From IMG/VR virus record IMGVR_UViG_3300038463_000730, positions 62,001 to 126,000 of that record: a DNA stretch of 64,000 bases; one strand, written 5' to 3'. The position numbers and the translations under genes are program-made. The notes beneath the pieces were generated by a model. The model made no database searches, was not told where the DNA came from, and saw only the letters and a list, made by a program, of their open reading frames with translations. This document shows, piece by piece, positions 8,904-18,264 of this stretch (position 1 is the first letter of the stretch; every line of letters begins with the position of its first letter).

Positions 8904-10412
8904 TTAACCCGTGATGCCGCCCCAAATATTGTTCAAATAGTTGTACGTGTTTGTGAAGTCACTTGCGGTATGTATTTTGTTGTAGATCAGGATGTGAGTA
9001 ATATTCAAAGCACCGTTTGCACAATTGCTATTGAAACCGCCGCTCCACCAGTAAGGCTCGCCTCCTCCAAAACCACTAAAAGATAAGGGATATGGAGTTG
9101 TTACCGGTGCATCAATATTCGGAACTCCTACATTTATCGTTAGTGATGTATAGGCGTTGGTCGGACCATTTCCGGCACCTGGAAAGTTTCCGAAAGTGCC
9201 TCCTCCAGCCTCGCCATCTGGGTGTCCGTAAATTCGCAATTGTGGTGGATATGGAGAACCGTTTGGTGGAGTAAAATACCCATACATATCGTCTACGTTG
9301 AGAAAGTTAGGGCTCGGTATGCTGGGAGCACCGGTATCGATTGAGAACGCTGCTAAATTGAATGCACTACCTACTCCGGGCGTGAACTGATTTAGTGGAA
9401 ACGAAGCTCTGCCAGAAGAATATGGAAGCGTACTTGGTTCTCCGAATGGAAATCCAGGTAAAGCAGGCGGAGGCGTGCCCCACGTAATGAAATTGTACGG
9501 TACGGCTCCACCAGCGCTAGCAAAATAATAGACGTTCAACTCTACTTGAGTACCGCTTGCGCCACCGGTCATCATGATTTGGCCTCCCTCCCCACCTCCA
9601 CCGGGAAAACCAGTGGAAGGTTGTGTACTGGACCACAAAAAATACAGAGTGAATTGACTCGTTAGACCACCAAGCGGAAATGATGTTGTAAGAGCCATGT
9701 TAGTACCGGAAATTAAAACATTCCCTCCAGAAACAGAAGGAAATCCTGGAACGACTTGGGTAACAAGAGGGTAGTTGTATGGATTGTTTCCAAATCCTCC
9801 CACACCGTAAGCCCAGCCATTATCCAGACTGTTGACAAGAATCGGTGCAACTAGTCTTTGAACAGTAAAGTCTATCGAACCGTTGTTTACGTCCGGGCCA
9901 CTAAACGGAGTTGGTCCGATAATATTGTAGTTGAAAAATGTTATCTGATTTGAGGCCGGAACGGATTGAATAGTCCATGTGGCATTTTGCGAAGCCGTAC
10001 CGGCTCCCGTGATGGTGATCGATGCTCCGACAGCATTCGGTGAGAACACGGCGCCGGTTGCTGTTAGTGTCACGATTGAATACTGATAGTACTGATTACC
10101 GCTTCCAGTGTGTCCATTTGGCGTATTGATGTACGGACCAGTTACTAACGACGCCCCAGTACCGGATGGGTTGATTAGAAACCCATCTCCACCGGTTACG
10201 GGTGGAATTAGGTCCGGCCCCGAAACCTGATTTTTCCATTTCTTAACAGCTTGAATACCAGATGTATAACCTGGTACGGTCGTTACCCTGTCAGCACGCC
10301 ATTCACCAACAACATCTGCTCCGGCCCCGCCGCCTCCGCCACCTCCACCACTGGTTGTTGTTGAGGATGTGATTACGCTTTCCGGATATATGGCCTTGCC
10401 CATTCCAAACAT
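8904..10412 (-). CDS. virion protein with LamG/concanavalin-like beta-sandwich
   Basis: WRAD...WKNQVSG N-terminus and ITHILIYNKIH...YNYLNNIWG C-terminus, typical of phage LamG-like domains; G/T/P/N-rich. Confidence 0.6.
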   Translation of the reverse strand: MFGMGKAIYPESVITSSTTTSGGGGGGGGAGADVVGEWRADRVTTVPGYTSGIQAVKKWKNQVSGPDLIPPVTGGDGFLINPSGTGASLVTGPYINTPNGHTGSGNQYYQYSIVTLTATGAVFSPNAVGASITITGAGTASQNATWTIQSVPASNQITFFNYNIIGPTPFSGPDVNNGSIDFTVQRLVAPILVNSLDNGWAYGVGGFGNNPYNYPLVTQVVPGFPSVSGGNVLISGTNMALTTSFPLGGLTSQFTLYFLWSSTQPSTGFPGGGGEGGQIMMTGGASGTQVELNVYYFASAGGAVPYNFITWGTPPPALPGFPFGEPSTLPYSSGRASFPLNQFTPGVGSAFNLAAFSIDTGAPSIPSPNFLNVDDMYGYFTPPNGSPYPPQLRIYGHPDGEAGGGTFGNFPGAGNGPTNAYTSLTINVGVPNIDAPVTTPYPLSFSGFGGGEPYWWSGGFNSNCANGALNITHILIYNKIHTASDFTNTYNYLNNIWGGITG

Positions 10413-10413
10413 G

Positions 10414-11283
10414 TTACATCCTTGTCAGATCTTGTAGCCAAGCGCCCCACGCCACCGGGTTGCCACCCGTTCCGGTAAAGTTACGAACTTGAATTTGTAC
10501 CTGCCCACTTGTAAATATAGCTTGCGCAGAATAACTCGTGCTTGATCCGATATAAATCGGATTTATCAACGGGTACCCGGGAGGGGTCGGAATCGATCCG
10601 GGTGGCGCAGGAAACGTGATCGATGTTGCGTTGGCGTGGAAATCAAGATGCGTAGAAAATTCGTTACCAGCACCATCTTGGCCAACGATCGCTACCTGCC
10701 AACGTCCCGGTCCTTGTGGAGTACGTGCTAATATTGTGTGCCATGCGCTATCTGTCGTTGTAATCGTTCCAGCAGCCGATGATGCCGGGTACCCTGTACC
10801 ATAAGCCATGATCGTTTCGGTTGCGCCGATTTCAAGTTTGTTTCCTGCACCACCGTACTCGTTACTAGGGATACCACCTAGTCCACCAGTAATTGCCGTG
10901 ATACTTTCAGGAAACCAATACTGTCCTGCTTGACTCCATGCCAACACATAACCATCTGTCGGAACGGCATTTAGAATACTCCTGCCTTGAAGACCAATAA
11001 CAAGTTGGCTAACGCTGTTTCCAGATAGGTCTCCACCAAACACTACTGATCCGAACGGAGATTCGGTCCAACTAGTGTTTAACAGACTAGACCCTAGCTG
11101 CCATAGTGTCTGTTCATTTTGAGTATAGACAAGCATTCCTTCTTTTCTATTAAGCATCGGAATGCTATCACGATCGGTAGTATTGGTTCGAATCTGAAAT
11201 CCGCCGTATCCATCGATGTCATCGTACATCGGGAACTGGCCATTGTTTTGTGGCTTAATCTTGCTTATCAGAGGTATTGGCAT
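10414..11283 (-). CDS. virion/tail-fibre-associated protein
   Basis: True start MPIPLISKIKPQNNGQFP at a TAATG overlap; RDSIPMLNRKEGMLVY motif; one GGDLSG...GYVLAW shaft repeat. Confidence 0.7.
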   Translation of the reverse strand: MPIPLISKIKPQNNGQFPMYDDIDGYGGFQIRTNTTDRDSIPMLNRKEGMLVYTQNEQTLWQLGSSLLNTSWTESPFGSVVFGGDLSGNSVSQLVIGLQGRSILNAVPTDGYVLAWSQAGQYWFPESITAITGGLGGIPSNEYGGAGNKLEIGATETIMAYGTGYPASSAAGTITTTDSAWHTILARTPQGPGRWQVAIVGQDGAGNEFSTHLDFHANATSITFPAPPGSIPTPPGYPLINPIYIGSSTSYSAQAIFTSGQVQIQVRNFTGTGGNPVAWGAWLQDLTRM

Positions 11284-12308
11284 TATTCCACCGTCACCGT
11301 TGTTGCACCGAGCCCGACGTTGTCGCTGACCCACAGTTGATATGTATCGACGTAACCGAAAGCGTTGGTAACCGAGATGCTGTTCGATACTAACGAAAAG
11401 CCTCCCGCGAATCCTCCGACGATGAACGTTGGAGTTCCGTAAGCAGTACGACACGCAAAGTAAATATGCTGGGTTCCACTGGCTGTAGTTGTAAATTGAG
11501 TTGAGCGCGTGTTGGTTAAGAACTGTCCAGACAAACTTTGGATGAATGCTGCCGTGTTGCCACCAGCTACGCCGGGACCGTAAAATGTTCGCTGAACCCA
11601 TTCATAGGTTGTTTGTGATGATTTCGTAACGACTCCTCCGTTTGAGGTCAGCGTGAATGTTACCGTTCCACCAAACACAAACTGATCATACGTATGAATA
11701 CTAGAGAAAGATGTTGGTGTCAGAATAACATTCTGTGGTGGGTTACCGGCATTATCGGTCAACACAGCCGTTACGGGAGACGTAGAATACGATGCAGCAA
11801 ACGCCGGATGAACTACCGGTTGGCCAACTTCGGCAAACGTGCCACCAGATAATGACACGACATAGGCAGGTAAAATCATGTCTTGAGTCAACCTACTGAA
11901 CACCGGATTCCCAGCCGGGTTCTCAATCACGGCGGCATATAACTGATTGATAACCGGAGGAAGAGAAGTAGATAGAGAAGTTACGTATTGATTTTTTGTC
12001 GCATCCCACGTCAATGCCGCTTTATCTATCGGTGTCATCGGCGAGATCGGATTACCGTAGAGGCCAACTACTATCGGGTTTGGATAGGTTCCAGCCAGGT
12101 CGCCACCAGCGAGCCCGGTTGCAATTACGTTACCAGTTCCGATGATTGGAGTCGTGATAGTATAGTCGATTGTAGCTGGTAGACTCAGTTCACTAGGTGT
12201 GTAACTGGAGAACTCGGCTGTAAAATCTGGCGTATTTAGAGATGTCCAGTAGACGTGCATCGATGGATTTGCCACCAAAGCAGCCCACATAATGTATTGT
12301 GTAGTCAT
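11283..12308 (-). CDS. virion/tail-fibre-associated protein
   Basis: AGGDLAGTYPNPIV repeat shared with the 1956-aa fibre; beta-rich C-terminus. Confidence 0.7.
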   Translation of the reverse strand: MTTQYIMWAALVANPSMHVYWTSLNTPDFTAEFSSYTPSELSLPATIDYTITTPIIGTGNVIATGLAGGDLAGTYPNPIVVGLYGNPISPMTPIDKAALTWDATKNQYVTSLSTSLPPVINQLYAAVIENPAGNPVFSRLTQDMILPAYVVSLSGGTFAEVGQPVVHPAFAASYSTSPVTAVLTDNAGNPPQNVILTPTSFSSIHTYDQFVFGGTVTFTLTSNGGVVTKSSQTTYEWVQRTFYGPGVAGGNTAAFIQSLSGQFLTNTRSTQFTTTASGTQHIYFACRTAYGTPTFIVGGFAGGFSLVSNSISVTNAFGYVDTYQLWVSDNVGLGATTVTVE

Positions 12309-12384
12309 GATCCTGAACTAAATACGTGTTTATTAGTTACGCTTCGTTCCTTCTGCATATCCACGTATTTCATAAGGAAAACAT
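12309..12384. promoter_or_regulatory. divergent promoter region with 9-bp inverted repeat
   Basis: AAATACGTG (12320-12328) / CACGTATTT (12362-12370); the same element lies 11-14 nt before each divergent ATG; AAGGA RBS on the plus strand. Confidence 0.55.
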
Positions 12385-15300
12385 ATGGCAACGGTCTACC
12401 CAAATCAGTTAGACACCTTGTTAAGTCTCACAGGAAGTGTTCAAGGTGTTCGAGATAGCGTAACTCCAATAAGCGCTACAAATATCAACACGCTAGCTAG
12501 CGCGATGATTCAACTCGAAACCGTTCTAGGTAACGCACATGGACTAGGCGGTGCGCCCCAAAGTATTTACGGCACAGTCGCAAATCGGCTAAATATACTG
12601 GAACAGATCGTCAACCAGGAAAGTGGAGCTGGTAACGTCGTCGTGTTCGGATCTGCCGAAATTGGTCAGACAATCATCTGGAACGGCTCGGTATGGACGC
12701 CTGGAACGAACTTCATCAACCAGAACATCCAAACGTCTGGTGAGTTAGTCTCCGGCCCGGCACTCAGCACGGCCAACACGACCGGTTTGTCTCAGCTCAC
12801 AGGAAAGCTGATTCTTAACGCGATCACACCGTTGAAAATATCCGACCCTAATCAAGGTATCATCTACTTTGATCAGACAGCTGCCCAGTTCTTAGTTTCA
12901 CAAAACGGCGGCTCATACATCCCACTTGTAGCAGGTGGAGGTGGTAATGCGGGTGGAGACCTAGCAGGCCTGTATCCGAACCCTTCTGTAGTTCGACTCT
13001 CCGGCGCAAACGTTCCGATCGGGTCCAGCTTAACCACCGGAAACGTTCTCCAGGTAGACGGGTACAGCTCTCTTACGTACGGGCCAATCAATCTTGGTGG
13101 TGGCGATGGATATGTCGTAGGTATTCTTCCGGCTGAAAATCAGGGAGCACAGACACTAGGTGGTGACCTGTCCGGCACGACCGAAGCGGCATTCGTACTT
13201 GGGCTTCGCGGTATCCCTATCTCGCCAACCAGCCCAAATGCTGACCAAGTGCTTACGTACAACGGAACGTACTGGATTCCATCAGATATCCCGGTTCCAA
13301 CAATCTACCTTTCAGGAGATGTTGTTGGTCCTAACACGGCAACGGTCGTTGAGAACATTAACGGGGCATCTGTACCACCGGCAGGCGGACTTATTACTGG
13401 CAACGTTCTTCAAGTTACCGGATTCGGTAGTTTGGGATACGGCCCGCTCGATTTGAGTGGCGGCTCAGACTATATTACTGGTGTCCTCCCGGCAGCAAAC
13501 CAAGACGCACAATCCATGTTTGGTGATGTCCATGGCAGCACGAACAGTTCGACTGTTATTGCTATCCAAAACATTCCAGTTAACAGCGGCAGTGTTTCGG
13601 TTGGACAAGCGATGTTCGGAACATCATTCAACGAATGGGGTCCGGCAACAATTTCTGGTGACATTATCTCTAGCAACGTGACACCAGGTTTGCTCACGGT
13701 TGGATATTTGCAGGGCAACTATGTACCGGCTGGAGCACTAGTAGAGGGACAGTTTTTTGTTGCAACATCGACGAACAGCTGGGCACCTACTACAATTTCT
13801 GGAGATATCAGCCCTAGTAACACGACCCCTGGTCAGCTTTCTGTTACAGGTATCCAAGGTTACTCGTTCTCGTCCTTTGCTCCCACCAAAGGGCAATTCG
13901 TCGTCGCTACAACGGGCGCAGGTTATGGACCAGTTACAATCAGCGGTGACGTTTCGGAATCTGGCACGATTCCTGGCAAACTTACTGTCTCCGGTATCAC
14001 GGGTGTCACGATCAGCGGTTCTCCGTTAGCGGGTAACGCGATCGTCGCCACGTCCGGAACGGCAGCAAGTTGGTCCAATGTTACGAACATTGGCGGCGTT
14101 ACGATTAGCGGTACTCCGTCAGCCAATCAGGTCATCGTCGCAACATCTAGTACGGCAGCATCGTGGCAAATAAACAGCCCGACCATCAACGGTGTAACGA
14201 TCAGTGGTACTCCGACAACCGGGCAGGTATTGGTTGCACTTACCAGCACGACTGCTGATTGGCAAACCTTCGGTGGAGCGTTCGCTGCGGGCGGAGATTT
14301 GTCCGGCACCTCGTCGTCACAGACTGTTATCAAGATACAGGGCACACCGGTTGTCAACACGGCTCCGACATCAAATCAGTTACTTCAGTACAATGGAACA
14401 AACTGGACACCTACAACAATTACATTGGCTGGTGATGTCACGGGTGGTCTAGCTGCTACCACGGTAACAAAGATTCAGGGACATTCCGTTCTATCGACAG
14501 CACCGTCTACTGGACAGGTTCTAGAATGGAATGGTTCGGCCTGGTCACCATCGAATGTTACAGAGATCCAGGGCTTCCCGGTTTCATCCGCAACACCACA
14601 AAATCAATACACATTGATATGGGATGCAGCAGACGGATACTGGAAGCCAGAGAGTCCGCTCGGCGGACCGCCATCAGGCCCGGCAAGCGGAGACCTCAGT
14701 GGATTCTATCCATATCCGATCGTCACCGGACTTGACGGTTACCAAATTGCATTCGGCGATCTAGGCCCAGACGAACAAGGATGGGTTGTTACATGGTCGT
14801 ATATCGATGGGTACTTCATTCTCGCGACACCGTCAAGCGGACCTCCATCCGGAATGGCCGGTGGAGATCTGTCAAGTGCCTATCCTAATCCGACTGTATC
14901 AAAGATAAATGGCAGCTCCGTTCCAGCCGGTGGTGCGCTAATAACTGGTAACGTTCTACAGGTTACCGGTACATCCGCTCTTGGATATGCTCCGATCAAT
15001 TTGGCCGGTGGTGCAAATTACATCACCGGTCTACTGCCTACTGCTAGCCAAGCTCAACAGACAATGGGTGGTGACCTGACCGGCACGACCGGTAGTGCAA
15101 CGGTCGCCTCGATCCAAGGACACGTTTTCACAACGAGTGGAACGAGCCCTGGTTATTTCATCATCGCGAACTCAACGTTCGGATACCAACCAGTTCAAAT
15201 TACTGGTGATGTTGCGGCTTCTGTTTCGACAATCGGAAAACTATCCGTCAATGCACTTAAAGGAATCACGCTCGGTGGAACGACTCCATCTGCTGGATAC

Positions 15301-18255
15301 ATCCTAACCTCGACATCAAGTACCACGGCAGATTGGGTCAGCCCATCGTCTTTGGGAGGAAGCTTCACAGCCGGTGGAGACTTGAGTGGTAGTAACACGA
15401 GCCAAACGGTTATTGGTCTTCGTAGTCACTCTGTTTCTGCTACAGCTCCGACAACAAATCAAGCATTGATATGGAGCGGTTCGGCATGGACACCGACAAC
15501 GATCACTCTAGCTGGTGATGTTACTGGTGGAACGGGAGCAACAACCGTTACAGCCCTGCGTGGCAACACAATTCAACCTGGCACATTGTCATCTGTTAAC
15601 GATGGTTACGCACTAACTTGGGTTAATGCTGCGTCACAATGGCAACCAAAAGCGATAGTCACTTCGACTATTGATGGTGTATTGGTCAGCGGTGTACCGA
15701 CATTTGGTCAAGTTCTAACCGCAACATCGGCAACAACAGCAGACTGGGAGACTCCAGCATCGGGTGGTCCGGCCGGTGGTGACCTAACAAGCAATTATCC
15801 AAATCCAACAATAGCCAAGATACAGGGTAACGCTGTTCTTACAGGAACACTTGGCCCGGCTCAAGATGGCTATCTTCTCACGTGGGTCAGTGCGTTTAGC
15901 GAATGGCGTGCCGAGCCACCTCCTGGTTCGTTCGTTCCAAGTGGAACGGGCCTCGTACATATCGTCAGCGGAGTAGAGCAACCGGCAGCGTCACTTATTG
16001 TAAATGCTGATGTCGATCCATCTGCTGCGATTGCGTATAGCAAACTTAGTTTGACAGGGGATATCGTAAATAGCGATATCTCTTCTAGTGCCGCAATTGC
16101 GTACAGCAAACTAAATCTAACAGGCGACATCGTTAACACAGATATCGCTACTGCCGCAGCGATTGCAGGAACGAAGATCAATCCAGCTTTCGGTTCACAG
16201 AATATCAGCACGACCGGAACGATCAGTACTGGTTCGGCAACGTTCACAGCGATTAAAGACAGTGGACTCGGCACGGGTGTCGTTCACTCGGACAGCTTTG
16301 GTAACCTAAGCAGTTTTGCTGTCAACCTTTCTGGCAGTGATGTTACGAGCACATTGCCAGTAGAAAATCAGGCTCATCAGATAATGGGTCAGGATGTCAC
16401 CGGAACAACGGCAGCTGCAACGGTTGTCGCGCTTCAGACCAATCCAATTCAATCTGGGATACTCAGTTCGATTCAGGATGGTTATGTACTGACATGGAAC
16501 GGAACGGTGTGGTTGGCTTTGGCTCTTCCGGAGACAAGCGGACCTCCATCCGGACCAGCCGGTGGCGATTTGACCGGTACATATCCTAACCCGACCGTTC
16601 AAGCGATCCAAGGCAATATGATCGAGCCAGGATTATTAACCATTACGCAAGATGGTTATGTTTTGACCTGGAACCACATCGCAAATCAATGGCAACCACA
16701 AGCCATCACAGCTGGTTCAGTCACGTTGGCCGGAGATGTATCGGGACCAGCTACATCGAATACAGTTCACAGCATCAATGGCAGTTCGGTTCCGACCGGT
16801 GGTTCACTCACAATCGGAACATTACTTCAGGTTGTCGGTAGCTCGGCACTATCTTATGCAGCGCTCAATCTTGCCAACTCGAACTCTGTAACCGGCGTTC
16901 TACCAGCAGGTAATCAAGCTGCACAGACATTGACCGGTGACGTTACCGGTTCGACTGCTGCCGATACAATCTCGGCAATCCAGGGTAACCCGGTTCTACT
17001 CGGTACACTCGGGTCTGCCCAAGATGGTTACGTAGCTACATGGAATGGCACTGATATTGTCATGCTACCAGTAACAGCAACTTCTGTTACGATGGGTGGT
17101 GATATCACGGGACCATCAGAAACTAGTACGATATCTAGCATTCAATCGAATCCTGTAGCTTTTGGTACACTCGGACCAGCTCAAGATGGTTATGTTGCGA
17201 CATGGAACGGGACTGAGTTCGTTATGCTTCCGGCGAATGGACCGGAGCCAATCACGACAACCATTTTGAACAATGTTTCTGCTAATGGTGCGTACGGAAC
17301 TCCTCCAACAAACTGGAACGCGAGCTATACGTCTGGCGCAAACTCCGTTATCATCTATGCCGATGCCGGTGGTTATACTGCAAGTGTAGGCGAAGGGCTT
17401 ACACTTACTCTATTCATTGATGGTAGCCCGGTCGTTGCTTCATCTGGATTCTTCAATCAAAGTGGAATTCATGGAGCGTTCCCAAGCATTGCGTTCGGAA
17501 CGACTCTTACAGCCGGAACTCATACGTTCTCGCTTCAAATGACCGGTACTGGAGCGAGTGCCGATGTAAATGACTTTGCATCGATCACGATTACCGAATT
17601 CGTTGGTGGCGGTGTAACGGCTGAATCAGTCTTGTTGGCTGGTGATGTTTACGGTTATTCAAATGCAAATACAGTAAACCGAATCAACGGAGCGAATGTT
17701 CCGGCTGCTGGTTCGCTAACGACTGGTAATCTGTTGCAGGTTATCGGGCCATCCACTCTTACGTACGGCGCTCTCAATTTGGCAGGTGGCTCGAATTTCG
17801 TATCTGGAGTTTTGCCGAACACAAATCAGCAAGCTCAGACTGTCGGTGGAGATCTTAGCGGGACAACGAATGCTGCAACCGTTGCCGCACTTAGTGGCAA
17901 CCTACTTAATCTCGGTACTCTCGGGCCAAGCCAAGACGGATACGTTGTTACATGGAATAGCACCGATAATGCGCTCGAAGCCCTACCGTTGATCACCGGT
18001 AGTGCAACGTTGTTCGGTGACGTAACAGGCCCGATCGCTACAACATTGTTGTCTCAGATTCAAGGTAACCCGATCGACATCGGAATACTCGGACCTAGCG
18101 AAGATGGATACGCTTTGATTTGGAGTAATACTGACTCTATGTTTATCATGGCGCCAGTTACTAACGAGGCATTAGAGCTAGATGGCGATGTTTCAGGCAC
18201 ACTTGAGAATAATACTGTCGGGTTCCGCAAAATGTTCTTATTGATGGGTGCGTAA
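12385..18255 (+). CDS. very long repetitive tail-fibre shaft protein (1956 aa)
   Basis: About 25 G-D-[LVI]-x-G...TV..IQG...P..GQ/DGYVLTWNG..W.P repeats; three 22-aa IVNxDxxxxAAIAYSKL repeats; MATVYPNQLD N-terminal anchor; ends FLLMGA. Confidence 0.8.
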   Translation: MATVYPNQLDTLLSLTGSVQGVRDSVTPISATNINTLASAMIQLETVLGNAHGLGGAPQSIYGTVANRLNILEQIVNQESGAGNVVVFGSAEIGQTIIWNGSVWTPGTNFINQNIQTSGELVSGPALSTANTTGLSQLTGKLILNAITPLKISDPNQGIIYFDQTAAQFLVSQNGGSYIPLVAGGGGNAGGDLAGLYPNPSVVRLSGANVPIGSSLTTGNVLQVDGYSSLTYGPINLGGGDGYVVGILPAENQGAQTLGGDLSGTTEAAFVLGLRGIPISPTSPNADQVLTYNGTYWIPSDIPVPTIYLSGDVVGPNTATVVENINGASVPPAGGLITGNVLQVTGFGSLGYGPLDLSGGSDYITGVLPAANQDAQSMFGDVHGSTNSSTVIAIQNIPVNSGSVSVGQAMFGTSFNEWGPATISGDIISSNVTPGLLTVGYLQGNYVPAGALVEGQFFVATSTNSWAPTTISGDISPSNTTPGQLSVTGIQGYSFSSFAPTKGQFVVATTGAGYGPVTISGDVSESGTIPGKLTVSGITGVTISGSPLAGNAIVATSGTAASWSNVTNIGGVTISGTPSANQVIVATSSTAASWQINSPTINGVTISGTPTTGQVLVALTSTTADWQTFGGAFAAGGDLSGTSSSQTVIKIQGTPVVNTAPTSNQLLQYNGTNWTPTTITLAGDVTGGLAATTVTKIQGHSVLSTAPSTGQVLEWNGSAWSPSNVTEIQGFPVSSATPQNQYTLIWDAADGYWKPESPLGGPPSGPASGDLSGFYPYPIVTGLDGYQIAFGDLGPDEQGWVVTWSYIDGYFILATPSSGPPSGMAGGDLSSAYPNPTVSKINGSSVPAGGALITGNVLQVTGTSALGYAPINLAGGANYITGLLPTASQAQQTMGGDLTGTTGSATVASIQGHVFTTSGTSPGYFIIANSTFGYQPVQITGDVAASVSTIGKLSVNALKGITLGGTTPSAGYILTSTSSTTADWVSPSSLGGSFTAGGDLSGSNTSQTVIGLRSHSVSATAPTTNQALIWSGSAWTPTTITLAGDVTGGTGATTVTALRGNTIQPGTLSSVNDGYALTWVNAASQWQPKAIVTSTIDGVLVSGVPTFGQVLTATSATTADWETPASGGPAGGDLTSNYPNPTIAKIQGNAVLTGTLGPAQDGYLLTWVSAFSEWRAEPPPGSFVPSGTGLVHIVSGVEQPAASLIVNADVDPSAAIAYSKLSLTGDIVNSDISSSAAIAYSKLNLTGDIVNTDIATAAAIAGTKINPAFGSQNISTTGTISTGSATFTAIKDSGLGTGVVHSDSFGNLSSFAVNLSGSDVTSTLPVENQAHQIMGQDVTGTTAAATVVALQTNPIQSGILSSIQDGYVLTWNGTVWLALALPETSGPPSGPAGGDLTGTYPNPTVQAIQGNMIEPGLLTITQDGYVLTWNHIANQWQPQAITAGSVTLAGDVSGPATSNTVHSINGSSVPTGGSLTIGTLLQVVGSSALSYAALNLANSNSVTGVLPAGNQAAQTLTGDVTGSTAADTISAIQGNPVLLGTLGSAQDGYVATWNGTDIVMLPVTATSVTMGGDITGPSETSTISSIQSNPVAFGTLGPAQDGYVATWNGTEFVMLPANGPEPITTTILNNVSANGAYGTPPTNWNASYTSGANSVIIYADAGGYTASVGEGLTLTLFIDGSPVVASSGFFNQSGIHGAFPSIAFGTTLTAGTHTFSLQMTGTGASADVNDFASITITEFVGGGVTAESVLLAGDVYGYSNANTVNRINGANVPAAGSLTTGNLLQVIGPSTLTYGALNLAGGSNFVSGVLPNTNQQAQTVGGDLSGTTNAATVAALSGNLLNLGTLGPSQDGYVVTWNSTDNALEALPLITGSATLFGDVTGPIATTLLSQIQGNPIDIGILGPSEDGYALIWSNTDSMFIMAPVTNEALELDGDVSGTLENNTVGFRKMFLLMGA
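15997..16180 (+). repeat. three tandem 66-bp (22-aa) coding repeats
   Basis: IVNADVDPSAAIAYSKLSLTGD / IVNSDISSSAAIAYSKLNLTGD / IVNTDIATAAAIAGTKI. Confidence 0.8.
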
Positions 18256-18264
18256 AGGAATACA

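Noticed and set aside
11284-11601. N-terminal 106 aa of the 395-aa track ORF
   Set aside because: It overlaps the upstream gene in another frame and has atypical composition. The TAATG junction places the real start at 11283.
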